Origin: Eukaryota sp. TZLM1-RC
Taxonomy: Eukaryota > Protista > Metamonada: BaSk clade
Length of the DNA: 64,000 bases
Assembly: GCA_040285825.1 (NCBI GenBank)
Contig: JAUPSS010000004.1
Coordinates: forward strand, 4,245,784 to 4,309,783
Reading direction: 5' to 3'
Shown here piece after piece: positions 10,573 to 22,184 of the stretch. Each line of letters starts with the position of its first letter. Position 1 is the stretch's first letter. A program made the position numbers and the translations under genes. The notes under the pieces were generated by a model. The model was not told the origin of the DNA, ran no database searches, and saw only the letters and a list, made by a program, of their open reading frames with translations.

Positions 10573-11858
10573 CTATTCAACCTTTTCGTTTGAAACACGG
10601 TTGAAAAACAAGTTGTACAATTCCTGGTCTCTCAACCAAGCCTTAAACAACATATTTTGGTGAAGCGAGGTACGGATACCAAGCCTCAAAAAGGTCGGTT
10701 GCCCAAAGCTTTTACAATGTCGAACAGGAAGTCCAGCATCCAAAGCAACATCGTGTAGACGAGCAGCTACCTTTTCAGAATGGCAATCGACATAGACCCA
10801 AGGAACCCAAGACGGGGAGTTGGAATTAGGAGTAAAACCAAGTCGCTTGAGAAGTCTTTCGGTACGTTTCTTCAAACGGGGAACAACATACCAAGTTCTT
10901 CTCATAAACTTCCTGTCCCTAACAGCGGAAATAATAAACTTCTGGGCTGGAATGTTGACAGACCAGGGTACCTGAATAGACTGAATGTTGTTGATAACAT
11001 CTTGGGTCGAAGCGACAGATCCAATACGGAGACCAGGGCAAGCATAAACCTAATATGAGAGCAGGTGAGATAACAAACCTTGGTCCAAGATACAATAATA
11101 ATAATGCGACCAGGGTACTTTTCAACCAAGTTCAGACAAGAATGTTTTCTCCAATCAGGGCCTTTGCAAGTAATGAATGATTCATCAATCACCCAAACAC
11201 ATTCGGTAGCAGCAATATGTATTTCCAGCTCCTTGAGAGACATGTAGTCCCCAGTAGGAGAGCTAGGGTTAACTATGATGGTATAGTCCACATCAGTGTT
11301 GAAAGGATCATTATGGTTCCATTCCTGTTTAATTAGACCGTTCGCCTTTGCACTACGTTCATATTCCATAAACTGACAAGGCCAAGGGCCGGGTCTCCAA
11401 GTGGCCTCAGGATTACCACGGAGGCACAAATCGATGAACTCTGAAGCACCATTTCCTAAGAGAAGTTGCTCCGCGGGCCAATCAGTAAATTCTGCAAGAG
11501 CTTTACGAGCTTCAAACGCGTCCTGTTCAGGATAATGATCAATGAGAGGTAAAGATCTCCGAGCAGCGCGAATAGCTCCACGAGGAGGTCCTAGCACACT
11601 AGTAGTAACAGAGAAGTCACAAACGAACTTGTCACCCAACTTTTGCCAAGTCTGACCACCATGAACTTCCTGCAGAGGACTCGAAGATGTTGGAAAATCT
11701 TTTTCGCGACGGAAACGGGGAACTGAAACCACACGCTTCAATGTACGGAAGTTTTGCACAGATGATTTAACAGGATGGCTGATGAACTGTCTGGAAGATC
11801 GCCAGAACAGACCCCACAATAGGTACAGGTAAAATTTAATGTGTCTCCAGGTCCACAT
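10573..11858 (-). CDS. PLP-dependent class I/II aminotransferase-fold enzyme, CobD (threonine-phosphate decarboxylase)/HisC-like; one intron at 11050-11078
   Basis: HGG..DFSV..LGPP, GNGASE, VNPSSPTG, IDESF. Removing a 29-nt GT-AG intron restores SWTKVYACPGLRIG (PLP lysine) and joins ORF 10573-10905. Confidence 0.85.
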
Positions 11859-11914
11859 GAGTGAAAGTGAAATGGACAATCTTTTTTTTAGAAAACAGGA
11901 ATATTTATGTCTTT

Positions 11915-13295
11915 GTATTTATTGAATTCACACACTTAATTCAATTAACTCAATACTAATGGGACGACTATCATTGAACCAAGATTTCCTCTACAAAATC
12001 TTGATCTGCTTGCTGTCTAGCTAAAGCTTCTCTTATTCGATTGAAAAACCGTGGTAATCTATTAATAATGGCAAATTGAATCCGTGAACGCCATAAAAAT
12101 ATATCAAATCTTTTCATTGTTTTTTCTTGCACCATTTTTTGGAAGTCATTCAAAAAAGTTTCTGATTCAACTGATAATCTTCCATTTATCGAAAATGGGA
12201 AAGCAATAAAAACCAGCTGTGTATTTCTAGCGACATTAGCCTCTTCAATATCTTTATCATATTTTCTATGTTTCTCTTTTGCTTTAAACTCCAGAGCAGC
12301 CACAGTATTAAGTTTTCTTCTGTGAACCAAAGTATCATTTGCAACATTACATGAGACAAAGTCAACAATAGCTTCAGAACTATCAATCCAATCACAGTAT
12401 ACATCACCTCTATCATCAGAACCAAAATTATTCAGAGAAAGTGTTTCCTTCAGCAGGGGCTCTTTGATACACGATATCCTTGCAGTTTGTGCCATATTGA
12501 AAACAGTGTCTCTAACAGCATCATGTAATGAAGAACGATAAGTTATCAATTTAGAGCAATTCAGAGCATGGCGCAAAGTGAGTTGAGGTGAATTCGAACA
12601 AATACATTTTTCTTTTGATAATAATTGATTATGGGGATGTTCAAATATAATCTCATTTTTGTTACAAATGCTTCATTAGTGGCACACAATCCAAATCTTT
12701 GTGGTACAATAGTTACAAAAAGTGAAGAATCTGACGACTTGTTTTCACAAACACCCTTTTCCAATAACAATGAGTGAAGATCTTGATTTAAAACAGCCAA
12801 GCTGCATATATTATTATAAAGATCTTTTTCATACATTCCAGTCAATCGTTTCTGTAATGTTCGAAGAGTGTACTTCAAATTTAAAACATTTTTTTCTGGA
12901 TTATTGCCATTGAATGATTGAGGAAAACATCGACCCCATTTTTCTACATCAATTTTTGAAATTTCTTCATTTAATGCAAAAACGGTGGAACTTTGCGTTG
13001 TCATCAATAAATCTTCCCAATCTGCAAATCTTTCGGAAAACTCAAAGATTGCATTTCTGCATCCACCAACAAAAGCACAAGAAGTAAGAATAGAAGCCTT
13101 CGTCCACCCTAAACCGCCATAATGTGGACTAAGGTAAGCATGATCTGGAATTTGAAACATTTTACATCCCAGAAATTGAGACAGAACTTTTGCACGTAAC
13201 TCATTAAACTTCTGAGCCAAAGGTCTAGTGACGAGAGGATTTGTAGATCGAAATATATGATTAAAATTGGAACTAATACACAGTCTTTCAGAATA
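11915..13295 (-). mobile_element. 5'-truncated RLE non-LTR retrotransposon subfamily B
   Basis: GGLGW motif, HALNC..HDAVRD, RGDVYCDW RLE motif, 3' UTR. Confidence 0.88.
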
Positions 13296-15450
13296 TTTAT
13301 TGAGATAAAAAAACCCATCTAGAATTCAATATCCTCCAAACAAGCGTCACTATTACTGAACCTACTCACAGCATTACGTTCATATTCTACACCAATAGCT
13401 AAAAGTGCCTTTGAAATCATTGTTGGAATAGACTTGAAAATGCAAAAAACAATTCTATTTAACCAGGAAGTGGAGTTCATTGATTTACCAGACCTATTCA
13501 GTAACACTTTTTTAAAATTTTCAAAAAAGTGCAACCCTGAAGGTCCACTATTGCCAAAAAGAGAAATTGCAAACAGCACAAACTGATATTTCACATGTTC
13601 CACTCTACCTAACTGTGCCAAAGGTTCTTCATATTTTTTTATCTTCTTTTTTTTCGGCGTTAGATAACGGCGAATCAGCGGAATACACTAAACGAGCAGC
13701 AGAATTTTTGCAAACATCAACTGAGACAACATCTACAACATTGAGAACACCATCGATCCCCGGAGCTACTAAATCTGCCCTTCTTTTACCAAAGGAATCA
13801 TCAGTTTGATCTGAAGACAGCTTACGTACTAATGGCTTAATAGATGCCTCTATATTGAAATTTTTGCACATGGCATATAATTGATCACGAACTGAGTCAT
13901 GAACAATTGAGCGATAAGTTATAAAATAGTTACAGTTTAAAATATGGGAAAGCGTAACAACACTCTTGCAGCGACAAATTAAATCATTTGGTAATGAACA
14001 AGGCCATAGAAAACATCTCATTCTCATTGCAATGGTCCATTGGTGATCATTAAGTAGAAGGCCATAAATGTTGGGAATTTGGAAGATTAGGCAACTTGAG
14101 CAACTGTCTTCAAGATCAATCAAAAAGTTTGCAAAAACGGGATTTTTTTTCTTTAGCCAAGCTAAGACGTACAATATAATCCAAGTTTTCTAAAACTTTC
14201 AAGATTTTTTTCTGCAATTTTGCAAAAGTCAGTGGTTAGGAAAGCAAGCTTCTTGAAGGAAGTTCCACAATATCAGAGGGGAAACATTTAGCCCAAATAT
14301 TGGGTGAAAGAGTTTCAATTTCTGTTGCAAAGAAATAACATAAGAGCTGCCACAATTTTCAATGAGATGAATTTTTTCAGGAAAACGATTCACAAATTCA
14401 TAAATAAAATTCTTTCCACCTCCAATAAAGGCAGCTTTACAAAGGTAGCTTAATTTATGAAAATCAACACCACCAAAATTTGTACCACAAAAAATGTGGT
14501 TTCGTAACTGAGATGCATCAATTTCCAATAATTTTGCTAAAAATTGGTTCTTTGTTCATTAAAAATGCGACAAAACTCCAAAGAAATTGATGGTGATGTT
14601 GATCTCAAAATATGAGTAAATTTTCCAGAATAACAAATTTGTAGGAAAAAGAATTTCAAATGTTTCTCAATATTTAAATTTTCTATTGATTCTAATTCAT
14701 TTCCAAATTGGGTCAACAGAGTCAAAAGTTGGCCATTGACTTCTTCAATATTTTCGAGATAACAACCCAAAAAACGAAAACCAGACTGATCATAATTGAT
14801 AAAGGGGACATTGACATCATTAATGAAAAAATCAATTGGTTCATGGCCAATAATCAAACATTTGGAGATATTCAATGAGAGACCAATATCTTCATAACGC
14901 TGTTGAATAAAAGTTGCTATTTGTTTGAGAATTGAAATAGGAGCAATTACAGAAATGTCATCCATATATGCTACAATATCTATTTCTGGGAATTTTTCAT
15001 TTAATTCGCACATTAATAGATGAATTGCCAGACAAAAGAAAAAAGGACCAAGTGGATCGCCTTGTTTAACACCTGAAGACGAAAGCAGGTCAAAGTTTTC
15101 ATAGACCAATGTGGATGATTTTCCATAAAATGAATAGAAAAAAGGCCCAACTTCAGGAAAATGCTTTCGTAGCAAAGGTAAAATGGAAGAACGAGATACA
15201 GATATGAAAGCATTCTTAAAATCTAAATTGAAGATGCAATTAGAATCACTAGAATTAAAAAACACATCCGACGAAAGAGCAGCAGCAGAAGCACCATCAA
15301 TTGCCTTGATTCCAAATTGAAATGGACTGAAAAATTCTTTGGCTTTTTTCCCAATTCTATTGAAACCAAGAGACGCAAGAATTCTTGAAAACGATTCTCC
15401 AATTGCAATTGGACAATCCAAATGGACAATCTGTTTCCAAAACTTGACCC
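13296..15450 (-). mobile_element. Frameshifted CRE-like RLE non-LTR retrotransposon subfamily C (RT plus CCHC plus RLE)
   Basis: PIAIGE, QFG, LDFKNAF, GVKQGDPLGP, YMDD, FLG; CRC..HILNC..HDSVRD; RADLV..D. Confidence 0.92.
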
Positions 15451-16199
15451 TCTCTGAGATTGCCTCTCAAATTTGTATCCACTGTATCCCTCAATCAACT
15501 GTACAATCTCCCGACCTTCCTTTTCTATCTGTGAAGTTGTGTATTCAAACACTTCAACAAAAATTGTCAGATTTTTTAAAGTTTGATGTTGAAGCACAAA
15601 ACAAAATGCCTCAAGAAATATAATCATCCAAATCCAATGAATTTGCCTTTGTCTTTACAAATTTTTGAATCAATTACCTACATGGATGTATGCAATCAAT
15701 ATTCTCTGGGATATATTTTAATATATAAATTCTTTGATTGAAAAAATTTTGTGTAGGATTTGGTAGATTCAAATCATAGATCAAGTCAATTGACGTTAGA
15801 GAAATTGAGCAAACATGCTGAAGATAAATGCTTTGATAATTGGTCTAGTGCTATGCCTACTTTGAATCGGAAAATCAAAGCTCCAAATAATCAAAACACT
15901 AATCATTTCATCAGTGAATGTTTCTATTCGTTGTTTAATAAGTATATAGAAAGGCTGTAGACAAACTGAGGAACCTACATCCCTTTTAAACAACCACTGA
16001 TAAATATTTTGAAGAGTATTGGGAAAGAAATTCATTGCTTCCATCAGCATTGTTTAGTTCAAAAAAAAGACCACGTGGAAAACATGTATGTCTTATGATT
16101 TTTCTTCAGATAATATTACAGTGGCGCTATTATCTTTAGAAGATTGTCAGCTTAAATATACAAAATTGTTTAATACAGCTTTAAAGTATCAGCTCAAAT

Positions 16200-16680
16200 A
16201 CCCTGAAGAATTGAGATGTGCCCGATTAAGAGCCATTGTGAAGAATTCCAAAATGGATGTTGGTTGAATCAAAGTGTCTGAAAGTTTGCACAATATTTGT
16301 TTTGCATGAAATCATGTTTTTCATGCTGTTGAAATTAATTCAAAGAAAGAGCAAAACAACTTTGTTACCTTTTCTATATGGAATATATACTACTGATGGA
16401 GTTAATTCTATAGTATTTGCTACAAATGTATTATTCCAACAAAATGAATTGAATCCTTGTATGTTGTTAGATTTCAGTAATGCTTTTAATTCTATTCATC
16501 AGTGGAATTTTCATAACCATTTGCTGAAATACTTGCCAGAGTTGTTGCCTTATTTGCAAACAACTTATTGCACCAATTCAAATTTGCACTCTACTGATTC
16601 AATATTGAAATCATCCAACCCCTTTGTATCCCTTTTATTTTGTCTGGCCACTCATCTTTTTTTATTACAAATTCAAACAA
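16200..16680 (+). mobile_element. Highly eroded non-LTR RT remnant
   Basis: LLDFSNAFNSI and PFVSLLFCLATH resemble RT blocks of the neighbouring elements. Confidence 0.6.
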
Positions 16681-17339
16681 TGCTTTATTATCATAAACGA
16701 TATCTGTCAGAAGGACTAGGTCTTTTAACAGTCACAGAAACTTTAGTTCATCGACAGGCCTTTCAACTGAAGAAGTTCAGCACTATAATTAACCCTTCAC
16801 TCAATTTGATGGTTTTATCACAAGATCAGAAGTCAAAGCAGTAGTTGAAGCTTCTGCCATTAACATTCTGGAAGAACATATCATAAAAATGTTTCAAATC
16901 GTTGATACTGACTTTGACGGGCAAATAGAAAAGTATATGGATGTATGTGGAGATGTAGAGCATTTATAAAATATGTGTTGATGATCCTGAAATGGGAAGT
17001 TAATGTAGATGTGGTTTTCATTGTGAAGCTATCAATTGGAGATAATGGCATGAAAAGTATAAAAATAATATAAGTGATGAAATGAAATTCAAATGCGAAT
17101 AAGAGTAATAATAATAACCCAACCAAACTCCACTCACCAACTTTTGTACTATGTAGTTCTTTTTTGAAGAAACGAAAACATTCAAGATGTAACCTTGAGC
17201 GATATGTACTACTAATAAAAATTTGAAACTAACTTTACTTTGAATTGACAACTATGAGACTGATTGATTTCATCAAATTTTCAAAGTGAGGAACCAAGTT
17301 TTAATCATTTCTAACTGTTTCTTTTGTGTGTTGACTGTC

Positions 17340-19092
17340 ATGGATAACGCTCTACAAACCACCACTGTGGGAGCGTCGGTCAACCAGTTCTTCGACTCAG
17401 AGGAACGAAAAGCTAAGGAACGCCAGTTCTAAGTTCTTGCTAGTATTGGAGCCTCTGTTTCGACTTTGTTTGTGAAATAGAACCCAAACAAAAAACCATT
17501 CGAATACCATTCTCTGCTTTTCCAAGCGTTGGAACATCTCGTTCAGCACTTTTGGCCTCGAAGCCCACTGAATGAAACCACGTCAGCCGACGGTGGTAGA
17601 TTCTGGTGCAATTCTGGTCTACTTAACAGTCGAGAATTCAACTGAGGTAAGCTATCTGCCAGCTGTTGGCTGACTCCCCTGTTGTTTGGAAACACAATTT
17701 TTTCAAGAGCTGTGCCTTGTGTCTCAATTGCCCAAGTCCCAAAATGTACGTTAAGTGTGTACTTCAAGTTCTTTAGCCGGACGTCACCATTTTACAATAA
17801 TATCAAGAAATGCACCAACATATGTCTTGACCCACTGGATAAATGACAGCTATTGCCTTTATTGATTGGAGTCAATATGTTGGAAACATCAATCAGAAAT
17901 GACCGGTTTACCATCAGTATAAAAACTGCAGCAACAATCTTTCAGTCAGAACTGAATATTTTATCTTTTCTAGAAGATAACTGCCCTGAGGTTATGAAAA
18001 GACACTCTCTCACGCCTTTGTCCAATTGTTCAACATGCTTCTGCAATTTGAATAAAGAGCTGAATCTATTTTCACAAAGCTGAATGAAACCAAAGAGCTT
18101 CTGAACAACCTTTATCGGTTTTTTGATAAATCTAAATTTTACTAATTATACCATTTTTTTCACTGGTGATTCTTTGCGGTTGATGTTCACACAGAAGGCG
18201 AGGAAGACATTCAGTCGCCCAACTAAAACGGAATTTGAGTCGAGACGTGTCTCTCGAAACTATGATTTTCATAACTTTGAAAGGAAAAGAAAGTATAATG
18301 CCCATACAAAAACTAATCCACAGCAAAGACCACGGTTATCAGTGAATGAACACCCCAATTATCGAGATCCTGAAGAAAATTTGTTTTTTGTAGATATTGA
18401 TCCTAACCACAGCAATTTTTAACTTTTGTGGTTGGACATCTGGTTCTTTCCAAAATGTTGCACCTGTGGTTTAAAGTTCTGGCTTGCTGCTGAACCCAAC
18501 AGAACGAAAATCAAATGACCCTACTCTCACTCAAGCAACTCCTAATACTTATTCCATTTAGAGATTCCAAGAGTATCTGATTGAAATAAGTTTACTTTAC
18601 GTTCCTGAATCAGAGAAAGAGCCTGAATATTCTTCAATTATGAGTCGAAACCTGCAGCGTGGTACAAGAAAAAAAAATTAGAAGAAATAAGTTTGATTTT
18701 TTCATACGAAGACAAAAGAGACTAACTTGTTTTATTAAGAAAATTAAACGCTTGTCTGAAGGAAAAAACACTATAGTTTGGTTCGGCAATGGCGGTGGTG
18801 GTCCATCTCGTCAAGCTGTGAAATCCCTCAGAAAGAACTTTCTCAAACAAATCCAAATGCACTTTGAAAACGTCAAAGTGGGAAACGAGTTTATGACCTC
18901 AGTAAAAGTGAATTGCTGTAAGATCTTCCATAGAAAGATATAACATGATGACGGAAGGGTAAATAAGGCTAAGTTCGATTGCCCTCGATGTCAGACCAAC
19001 TGGTCTTGGGACATCTCAGCCTCCAGAAATCAACTGGAGATTGCAACTAGTCAGTACTTTACCGGTACTAGGCCAGAATCATTCCGAAGACC
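17340..19092 (+). pseudogene. Fanzor1-like RNA-guided nuclease pseudogene, copy 1 (C-terminal/omegaRNA deletion)
   Basis: Fragments KRHSLTP..CNLN, TIFFTGDSLRLMF, FVDIDPNH (RuvC-I), RRNKFDFFIRRQK, IVWFGNG, NEFMTS (RuvC-II), CC..CPRC, WDISASRN (RuvC-III), RPESFRRP. Stops and frameshifts present; start codon tentative. Confidence 0.82.
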
Positions 19093-19118
19093 GAGAAGTT
19101 TACATCAGTGTTGCCAAA

Positions 19119-19788
19119 AAATTAAAAACATTTAACTTTTCAACTTGAGTCATTTACCAGTGGAATATCAAGAAGTTGATGCTGAATTCAGGCAACTGAA
19201 TAGAATGATTCAATAAGTGAATACAATCAGTCAACCAACCAATGTACAAGCTGAAATGCAACAAACAGTTAGAAAAAATGGATTGTTCGATAAAGTCGCT
19301 GCCAAGATGTCCAATGTAACCAATCTCCATGTAGAAAATGAACTGAAATTTTATCTCAAGGAAGGTACTGTTGATTATGAAACTGATCCCTATCTGTGGT
19401 GGAAGGAGAATGTGAAGAAGTATCCAAGCTTAGCTAAGATTGTAAAAGATTATCTTGTTGTACAACCCAGTTCCGCATCAAGCGAGCGCCTTTTTTCAGC
19501 CGCTAGTCAAATAATCAGCAAAAAGAGAACCCGTTTAAACGAAGATACTGCAAGATGCTTGTTATGTTTGAGGTCATGGTATAAAAAGCAACAGTTTATG
19601 GATTGCAGACACGTGAGTAGATTTTAGTTTTTGGTTTGATTAGTTTGAAATAAAGTATGATTTTTATTTGAAATAACATGATATTTGAACAGAACAATGT
19701 CTATGATGATGTTAAACGGGATTTGAGTCAATGGACTAAAGAATGAGTCGAGTTGATTTAACTTAACTAGACTCAAATCGAAATCCTA
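19119..19788 (+). mobile_element. hAT transposon 3' fragment (C-terminal dimerisation domain plus putative right terminus)
   Basis: ELKFYL..DPYLWWK..YPSLAKI..PSSASSERLFS..KRTRL..LRSW; ends ...CGAAATCCTA with GAGTC/GACTC subterminal motifs. Confidence 0.85.
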
Positions 19789-19851
19789 ATTGTTGGCGAT
19801 AGTTATTCGATATCCTTTTGGTTTTTTAATAATATTCATTTATTAAAAAAC

Positions 19852-20710
19852 TTATAAATCAACATCTAAATAATTCATCTCACCCAAAACAGAACAACTA
19901 GATGCAACTCTTTCATAGTGAGATCCAAGAGAAAGCAAAGCATCAGAAACCATCTTCAACATCCCCTTAAAAATAGAAAGCACGATTCTATTTTGCCAAA
20001 ACAAACTGTTCAAATTTACGTTAGTTCTTCCCTTTACAATCATTTCAAAATCTGCCAAGAAATGTAAAGTCGTGGGAGCAAGTGAACCAACAAAAGAAAA
20101 ATACAAATGGATACAAATTGTATTTTGCATGCTATTGGGTGGACAATTTAAACAAAGGTTCACTGTATTTTTTGATTTTGAAATTTTCAGCATTTGAAAA
20201 AGGATTATGAATCTCAGAATTAGCAAGCCTTTCATTTGAGACATTACAAAGATCAACAGACATTACATCCACTAAAATGAAGGCTCCATCTAGTCCAGGT
20301 AATATTACATCACCTCTATTTTTCTTATGAAAATCACCTTCAGCATCAAACAGATTTGACAACAGAGGTTCCAAGAAGGATTCAATTCTATGAAACTTCA
20401 CATACAATATAATTGGTCTCTTACAGCATCGTGAATCTTGCTTCTAAAAGTAATAAAATGTTTACAATTTAACAAATGAGTATTTGTAATTTTTCGAGAA
20501 CATTTACAAATCAAATTATGAGGTAAATTATCAAGCCAGAAAAGGAACGAAAACTCATATTCAAAGTCCATGCAGAATCAGTTAAGAGAGTACCATAAAC
20601 TTGAATAATTGTTGTTACTAAGGCAGAAAACGTACTATCACACAGATCTTCTAAAAGATTGGCAAAAGCGGGATTCTTTTACTTGGCCAAGCCAAGTCTC
20701 ACATCAAAAT
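19852..20710 (-). mobile_element. 5'-truncated RLE non-LTR subfamily D
   Basis: HLLNC..HDAVRD, EPLL, RGDVILP..VDVMSVD, FWQNRIV. Confidence 0.85.
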
Positions 20711-21536
20711 CCAAAATGAAAAAAAATGATGCTTCAATCACTGAAGATGATTTCATACATTGATGATGTAGTATATGCAATTCAATAATTGTGAAAAAAG
20801 CAACTCTATTTTTGCAGAAATAAATTGGCTTCTGCCTGAACCTACTTAAATGTGTTGTACTTTCAAAGTTTGCAATTTCCACAATAGTTGGTTGAATTGA
20901 AATTAAACCCAAGTCCATCTCAGCTAGAGGTGACCTCCAAACCAAGCCTTTTTTCTATTCGTTGATTGTTTCGTTTTGGGTTTCACAGCTTTATCACAGA
21001 AGATAAATGGGGTACCAAAATCATCATCTCATTGACCATCCAAGATCCAAGTCTTCAATCAGTTTGGTCTCAATTTCATGAATTGCTCTATGGTTTACCC
21101 TATGGAGAACGCGTAATACCCAAAGTTATATCCATAGACATAAACGAAAGGAATGGATTGTCAATCAGTTATTGACCTAAAATGGTGCTGCAGAAGCTTG
21201 TGCTATAAAATGTTGACTTAGGTCCTTAACCAATTAGTACATTCTTACATCAAATGAGAAAATATTGAAGATGTCCAATGAATGAAAGAAACACACTTTT
21301 AAATCACCTACACAATTGGTTACACGTGTTTCTGTACCATTAGTGTAATCAAAGAGTAGTTGCAAATAAAGAACGTGACATATCTCCAATTATCACTCAG
21401 CAAACAGGCAACCGAAAAAAAATTGAACTTGAACAAATAACAGAATTTATCAACTTGTGAAAACAACAGAAAGGTTTCTCCATTTGGAACAATAAAAACC
21501 TCCAAATAACCAACAATGGAAATAAATATATACAAC

Positions 21537-22104
21537 CTACTCTACGCCTAAATACTTTATTCTTAAGACATCAGCCCGATCTCCCCTCAAAACTAACCCA
21601 GTTTCTCGTACCTCAACCTTGTGTCCTACCTGGGAAAGACATCCCTTGATTACACCAGACAGAATGGCCAAGTACCGCAGACCTGACAAATGATTAGGTA
21701 ATTCAACATAATCATTGATGGGATTCCCTTTGAGTTCAAGGGAGTATTCATGGACTGGTTCGGATCCATGAACCTCTCCAGTGGAGAATGACTCTGCATA
21801 AACGTTGAGGTACATTTTGAATCCTACTTTGATACAATCAATGGCATCCTTGAAAGTTTTACAGGATAGTTGAGTTTTTACTAAAAAGTCATCAACAAGG
21901 CGTATACCCATGTTATAACCACTGACATGAGAATGTGAAAGACACATACAGTTTCTCAAGTTTGTCATTAGCAGCGTCAACTGATTCACAAGTTTTCAGA
22001 ACAGATGTGACCACAGACCCATATGTAAGAACAAAGATTTCGGTATTCACTTTGTCGGATTTATCAAAGAGACTTTCACCCAGTTTTGTAAGATTAACTG
22101 ACAT
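21537..22104 (-). CDS. BET3: TRAPP complex subunit Bet3/TRAPPC3; 28-nt intron at 21922-21949
   Basis: Spliced product reads EIFVLTYGSVV..LEKLGYNMGIRLVDDFL..CKTF..NPINDYVELP..LRY..GVIKGCL; 179 aa. Confidence 0.93.
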
Positions 22105-22184
22105 TCAGAAAGGATAACCGATAGATAGACCGATAGCAAAAAGATGACTTTGTAAAATTAAGTTTTTTCAAACTCGATCAAATC

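Larger units (their letters stand above)
16976..20480 (+). repeat. Copy 1 of an approximately 3.5-kb cassette (leader, Fanzor, hAT 3' end, non-LTR D 3' end)
   Basis: Colinear high similarity to 25750-29356 and, inverted, to 30283-33415. Confidence 0.9.

Noticed and set aside
15755-15775. TAGGATTTGG as the missing left hAT TIR
   Set aside because: Short partial match, absent upstream of copies 2 and 3, and no 8-bp TSD.
16881-17767. Short minus-strand ORFs repeated in the cassette copies (MVGLLLLLL.., MSIQSKV.., MKYTLNV..)
   Set aside because: Conserved only because the DNA is duplicated; they use non-ATG starts and lie antisense to the Fanzor or leader.
20741-20780. SYIDDVV on the + strand as another RT
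   Set aside because: Isolated motif without supportable flanking RT blocks.
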